From: an uncultured Myxococcales bacterium
Lineage (GTDB): Bacteria; Myxococcota_A; Polyangia; Palsa-1104; JAEUJZ01
Direction: 5' to 3'
DNA length: 64,000 nt
Assembly (NCBI GenBank): GCA_964437195.1
Contig: CAYTGC010000002.1
Location: forward strand, 7,925 to 71,924
In this document: piece after piece, positions 60,985-64,000 of the stretch
Position numbering within the stretch: the stretch's first letter is position 1
How the letters are laid out: each line of letters starts with the position of its first letter
Program-made: the position numbers and the translations under genes
The notes under the pieces: generated by a model
Told to the model about the DNA's origin: nothing
The model's database searches: none
What the model saw: only the letters and a program-made list of their open reading frames with translations

Positions 60985-62365
60985 CGCTGGCTCCTTCCTG
61001 AATCAAATCGACGCTGAGGCGAAACAGATCCCCGAGCGTCGTGGCTTCTTGCAACAGCAGCTCATCGAGCGCTCGGTTGGCTTGGTTCAAGTCGGTCAGT
61101 GGCACCGCGCGGGCTTCGAATGCTCGACGGACATCGCGCAAGATGGCTTGGCCACGCGGCAGGACTTGTTCCTGCAGCGTTCGGAGCCGCAGTCTCTGCA
61201 TGGACAGGGCGCGCCGAAGAGAGTCGATACGCACCTGTGACGAAAGCATCGTCAGTCGTTTCTGCTCGGCGAATCGATGTGCCCGCGACTGCGCAGCTTG
61301 GCGCGATGCTTGCCCGTGGTCGACGACTGCCAGCGGAGTGGAGAGCGAAACCGTCAGCGAGTTTTGCTGATTCCCCGATGCAACGAACGAGTCATACATG
61401 TAACCGATGCGCACGGTCGGGTCAGGAATCCGCTGGGCGTAGGCTTGGCGATCCTCGGCGAGTGCCGCGGCGTGCTGCGCATCGAGCGCCTGCAAGTCAG
61501 GACGCAGCTCGATCTGCGGCGTCATGGTTTCGGCGCGCACCGTCCAATGGGCGAGGAACTTGCGGGCTTCTTGCTCATCGGGAAACGACGCACAGCGCCG
61601 TCCGATGAACTGTCCGCACATCGCTTCGGCGGTCAAAATGTCACCCTGATCTGCGGCCAGCTGCTGTTCCAGGCGCAGGACTTCGATTTCGGCGCGGTCT
61701 GCATCGAGCGGCGGACCAAATCCGGTCTTCACTCGTTCCCGTGCGAGCACGAGCGCCGACCGAGACTGCGCGGTCAGGCGCAAGTCCGCCGCCAGTCGCA
61801 GGGTTGCCACCGCCAGATCGCCGAGCGTGCGCAGAAGCAGAAGCGCTTGCCCACGAACAGATGACCGTCGCTGGGCTTCGGCGGCACTGACCAAGTGGCC
61901 CGCGCGCTCCATCCGTGCACTGCGGCGGGCAAGATCGGGATGGATGCTCAGTCCCACGCTGTAGTTCGGAATGTTGCGCAGGGGATTTGGCAGATCGGAA
62001 GGATTCGGAGTCCCGAGGGGAATCGTTCCCACGGCTGCATCGAGCACTGGGTTGTCGATCATTTTGCTCTGCCGGGCATCCGACTGGCTCAGATCGACGC
62101 TCAGGTGATCTTGCTGCAGCGTCGGTGCATGATCGCGCACCAGGCGCAGCAGCGATGGCAGATCCAAGTCTGCCGACGGCTGAAATTCCTCGACTGACTT
62201 GGGGTCCGCGAAGGGACTCTGCGCCATGGTCGATTGCGAAACCAGAATGGGGGCAAACAGGGCCGCGCAGATAGCTCCCATCCGGGCCAGCGAACAGATG
62301 CCGCTGAAACCGCGGACGCGAGCGATGCCATGGAGGGCAGGGGGATGACTGGTGCTGGTTGTCAC
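60977..62365 (-). CDS. TolC-family outer-membrane efflux protein (CzcC-like)
   Basis: Two-repeat helical/beta-barrel organisation. Signal peptide present. The true start may be the internal Met MGAICAALFAPILVSQS at ~62281. Confidence 0.8.
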   Translation of the reverse strand: MTTSTSHPPALHGIARVRGFSGICSLARMGAICAALFAPILVSQSTMAQSPFADPKSVEEFQPSADLDLPSLLRLVRDHAPTLQQDHLSVDLSQSDARQSKMIDNPVLDAAVGTIPLGTPNPSDLPNPLRNIPNYSVGLSIHPDLARRSARMERAGHLVSAAEAQRRSSVRGQALLLLRTLGDLAVATLRLAADLRLTAQSRSALVLARERVKTGFGPPLDADRAEIEVLRLEQQLAADQGDILTAEAMCGQFIGRRCASFPDEQEARKFLAHWTVRAETMTPQIELRPDLQALDAQHAAALAEDRQAYAQRIPDPTVRIGYMYDSFVASGNQQNSLTVSLSTPLAVVDHGQASRQAAQSRAHRFAEQKRLTMLSSQVRIDSLRRALSMQRLRLRTLQEQVLPRGQAILRDVRRAFEARAVPLTDLNQANRALDELLLQEATTLGDLFRLSVDLIQEGASDE

Positions 62366-62485
62366 CCGGTGACTATATCAGGCGGGCGACTAGCGAAGGA
62401 GAGCCATCGAGAACGGAAACGTGCTGGGCGGACGGGTGTAGGCCTACCTCAAACCGACGAGCCAAACGGCGTGCAGGGCCAATTG

Positions 62486-63928
62486 TTACGGTCCTGCAAC
62501 TTCGTACTTGGCCGTTCTGGGGTCAATTCCCGCAAACGGTCTCTTGTCTGGAACCACCCGAATCTGCGTCGAGAACTTGTAGGGAACGATCTGTCCGCTG
62601 GGGTACGCCATCTCGATGAAGAATGCGGTGTATCCGGCTGCCGGGGACGCAACTTTTGCGACGTACACACCGCCGCCCTGATCCGTAAGCTCGCTGCTCT
62701 GCCAGTTTTTGCCGAACGTCTCGACGCGGAAGTCACGCGCTTTGGGATTGGTCGCCTGCCACAAGAGCACCTTCTGCGGCTTGTCGGTTGTCTGCAGGCG
62801 AATCGTGTCCGTTCCTTCCAGCTTCCACGTAAACGTCGGACGCGGCCTGTCATCGCGGAATCCCGTCACGTACGCCATCAGGCTTTCCAGCGCGTCCGTT
62901 CCACCAAGGGAGTGGTCGGCATTGGGAACGTAACGTAGGTACTTGTCACCTGGCAGATCATCCCAGTAGTTCTGTGATCCATCGGGCAGAAAGAACTGAT
63001 CTCCCGACGCGTTGATCACAAACTTTGGCATCGTGAGCCGCTTTCTGAACATGTACGGATCTTCGTTTTTCAGCAGCATCGCCATCTCGGGCGTGCCGAT
63101 GCGCTCGGTGATGTGGTTGTAGTGATAGTCGTATAGCGCCCTCGCCCAGAAACCGTAGCTCTCGACGTGCTGGCGCATGAATTTATCGACATTCAGCACA
63201 TCGATCACGATCGGAACCGCTGCCGCCACGCGCGAGTCCACCGCTGCGGTAAGCCACGTAGTCCAGCCTCGCTTCGATGCGCCAGCGACGATAAATTTCT
63301 CGATGTTCAGATTCCCTCCTTCGCTTGAACGGAGGAACTGCTGCGTGGTGTCCATCGCCAGCACCGAGCTCTTGACCATTGGGAATCGCGCATTCCACGT
63401 CGGATCGCTCGTCTTCATGACCTGGGCCCAGGAAAACGCCACAATTCCGTCTTCCGTGTGCGGCTTGCCATCGTGATTGGTGAAGGTGAGCGGCTCGTTG
63501 GGAATCTGCGACAGGTTCACCACCACAGCGTTTGTGGCTTTCGCAACTTGCACCATGTCGTCCGGTGCCTTCGTCGGTGGTGTCCCATTTGATCCACCCG
63601 AGATCGCGAGCAGCGCTGGTCCAGGTGACAGGTTGTCTGGCTTTATGATCGTCAGATCGTGCTGCCATTCTGTCCGGTCCACTTCCATCGGAGAACGCCA
63701 GGTCAGGGACTTCATGTCGATGAGGTACGCGGTGTAACCGGTTCCCTTGACCGTCATCCGCAGCTTCCACGAGTAGCTGGGATCTTTGGCCTTCACATAC
63801 TTGTCCAGATCGGTCAGCGTGTCCTGCGTCGGCTCGGGGTCGGGCATCATCATGCCGTCGCTGCAGCCGCCTGCGAGGAACGCCGACAAAAGAAGCGCGT
63901 GTGCACCCAGCGTGAGGGCTGCGCGCAT
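62486..63928 (-). CDS. PhoPQ-activated pathogenicity-related (PqaA-like) family lipoprotein
   Basis: Start MRAALTLGAHALLLSAFLAGGCS (lipobox), chosen over the upstream GTG. Conserved GASKRGWTTWLTAAVD block typical of this family. Confidence 0.55.
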   Translation of the reverse strand: MRAALTLGAHALLLSAFLAGGCSDGMMMPDPEPTQDTLTDLDKYVKAKDPSYSWKLRMTVKGTGYTAYLIDMKSLTWRSPMEVDRTEWQHDLTIIKPDNLSPGPALLAISGGSNGTPPTKAPDDMVQVAKATNAVVVNLSQIPNEPLTFTNHDGKPHTEDGIVAFSWAQVMKTSDPTWNARFPMVKSSVLAMDTTQQFLRSSEGGNLNIEKFIVAGASKRGWTTWLTAAVDSRVAAAVPIVIDVLNVDKFMRQHVESYGFWARALYDYHYNHITERIGTPEMAMLLKNEDPYMFRKRLTMPKFVINASGDQFFLPDGSQNYWDDLPGDKYLRYVPNADHSLGGTDALESLMAYVTGFRDDRPRPTFTWKLEGTDTIRLQTTDKPQKVLLWQATNPKARDFRVETFGKNWQSSELTDQGGGVYVAKVASPAAGYTAFFIEMAYPSGQIVPYKFSTQIRVVPDKRPFAGIDPRTAKYEVAGP

Positions 63929-64000
63929 CGGCGCGATCGCAAAGAAACGGTCTACCCGCGTTCGTCTGGTTTCCGTGTTCCGGCTCGGGTATGTCACGAT

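Overview
This is a GC-rich (roughly two-thirds G+C by eye) bacterial chromosomal segment with about 56 protein-coding genes, no insertion-sequence or phage genes recognised, and no CRISPR array. I did not recognise any rRNA or tRNA in the longer intergenic gaps, but I did not scan the whole window for them. The gene content suggests a Myxococcota-like delta-proteobacterium (inference). The pointers are a Hanks-type Ser/Thr kinase, PEGA-domain and Cys-rich lipoproteins, sigma54-type ATPase, and recurring Ala/Lys/Pro-rich tails.

The ORF track reports the longest possible ORFs and translates alternative starts (TTG/GTG) as M. Many true starts are therefore internal. I re-derived them from conserved N-termini, signal peptides and overlaps with neighbouring stops.

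Main content, left to right:
- 5' part of a cytochrome P450 (minus strand, runs off the window).
- Lipoproteins and a REC-cyclase/histidine kinase pair.
- SDR, 3beta-HSD-type epimerase, GNAT, cupin and acyltransferase-3 genes.
- A complete 11-subunit nuo locus (nuoA, nuoB/C, D, H, I, J, K, L, M, N) that lacks nuoE/F/G. It has a NuoB-NuoC fusion and a repeat-bearing NuoI tail.
- HtrA, a stand-alone sigma54-type AAA+ core with a degenerate GAFTGA motif, an M14 carboxypeptidase and an S9 (DPP-IV-like) peptidase.
- An SRPBCC/Zn-ribbon/pseudo-cyclase protein, a quinone oxidoreductase, a lipase-like hydrolase and a GMC oxidoreductase.
- A Ser/Thr kinase, an MFS transporter and an MBL hydrolase.
- A low-GC island carrying eleven tandem 21-bp repeats.
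- An atypical N-ATPase-like ATP synthase operon (AtpR-like, atpB-E-F-A-G-D). It has no delta or epsilon gene, and the c subunit has two membrane carboxylates.
- An alkaline-phosphatase-family enzyme, an MFS transporter, and a PilZ protein with an (SGRPQ)n repeat.
- A triple-HTH protein with a histone-H1-like tail, a methyltransferase, PEGA and Cys-rich beta-helix proteins.
- A czcCBA-type heavy-metal RND efflux operon and a PqaA-family lipoprotein.

The most unusual items are the N-module-less complex I locus with its B-C fusion, the rearranged delta/epsilon-less ATP synthase operon with the repeat array upstream of it, and several novel domain architectures.
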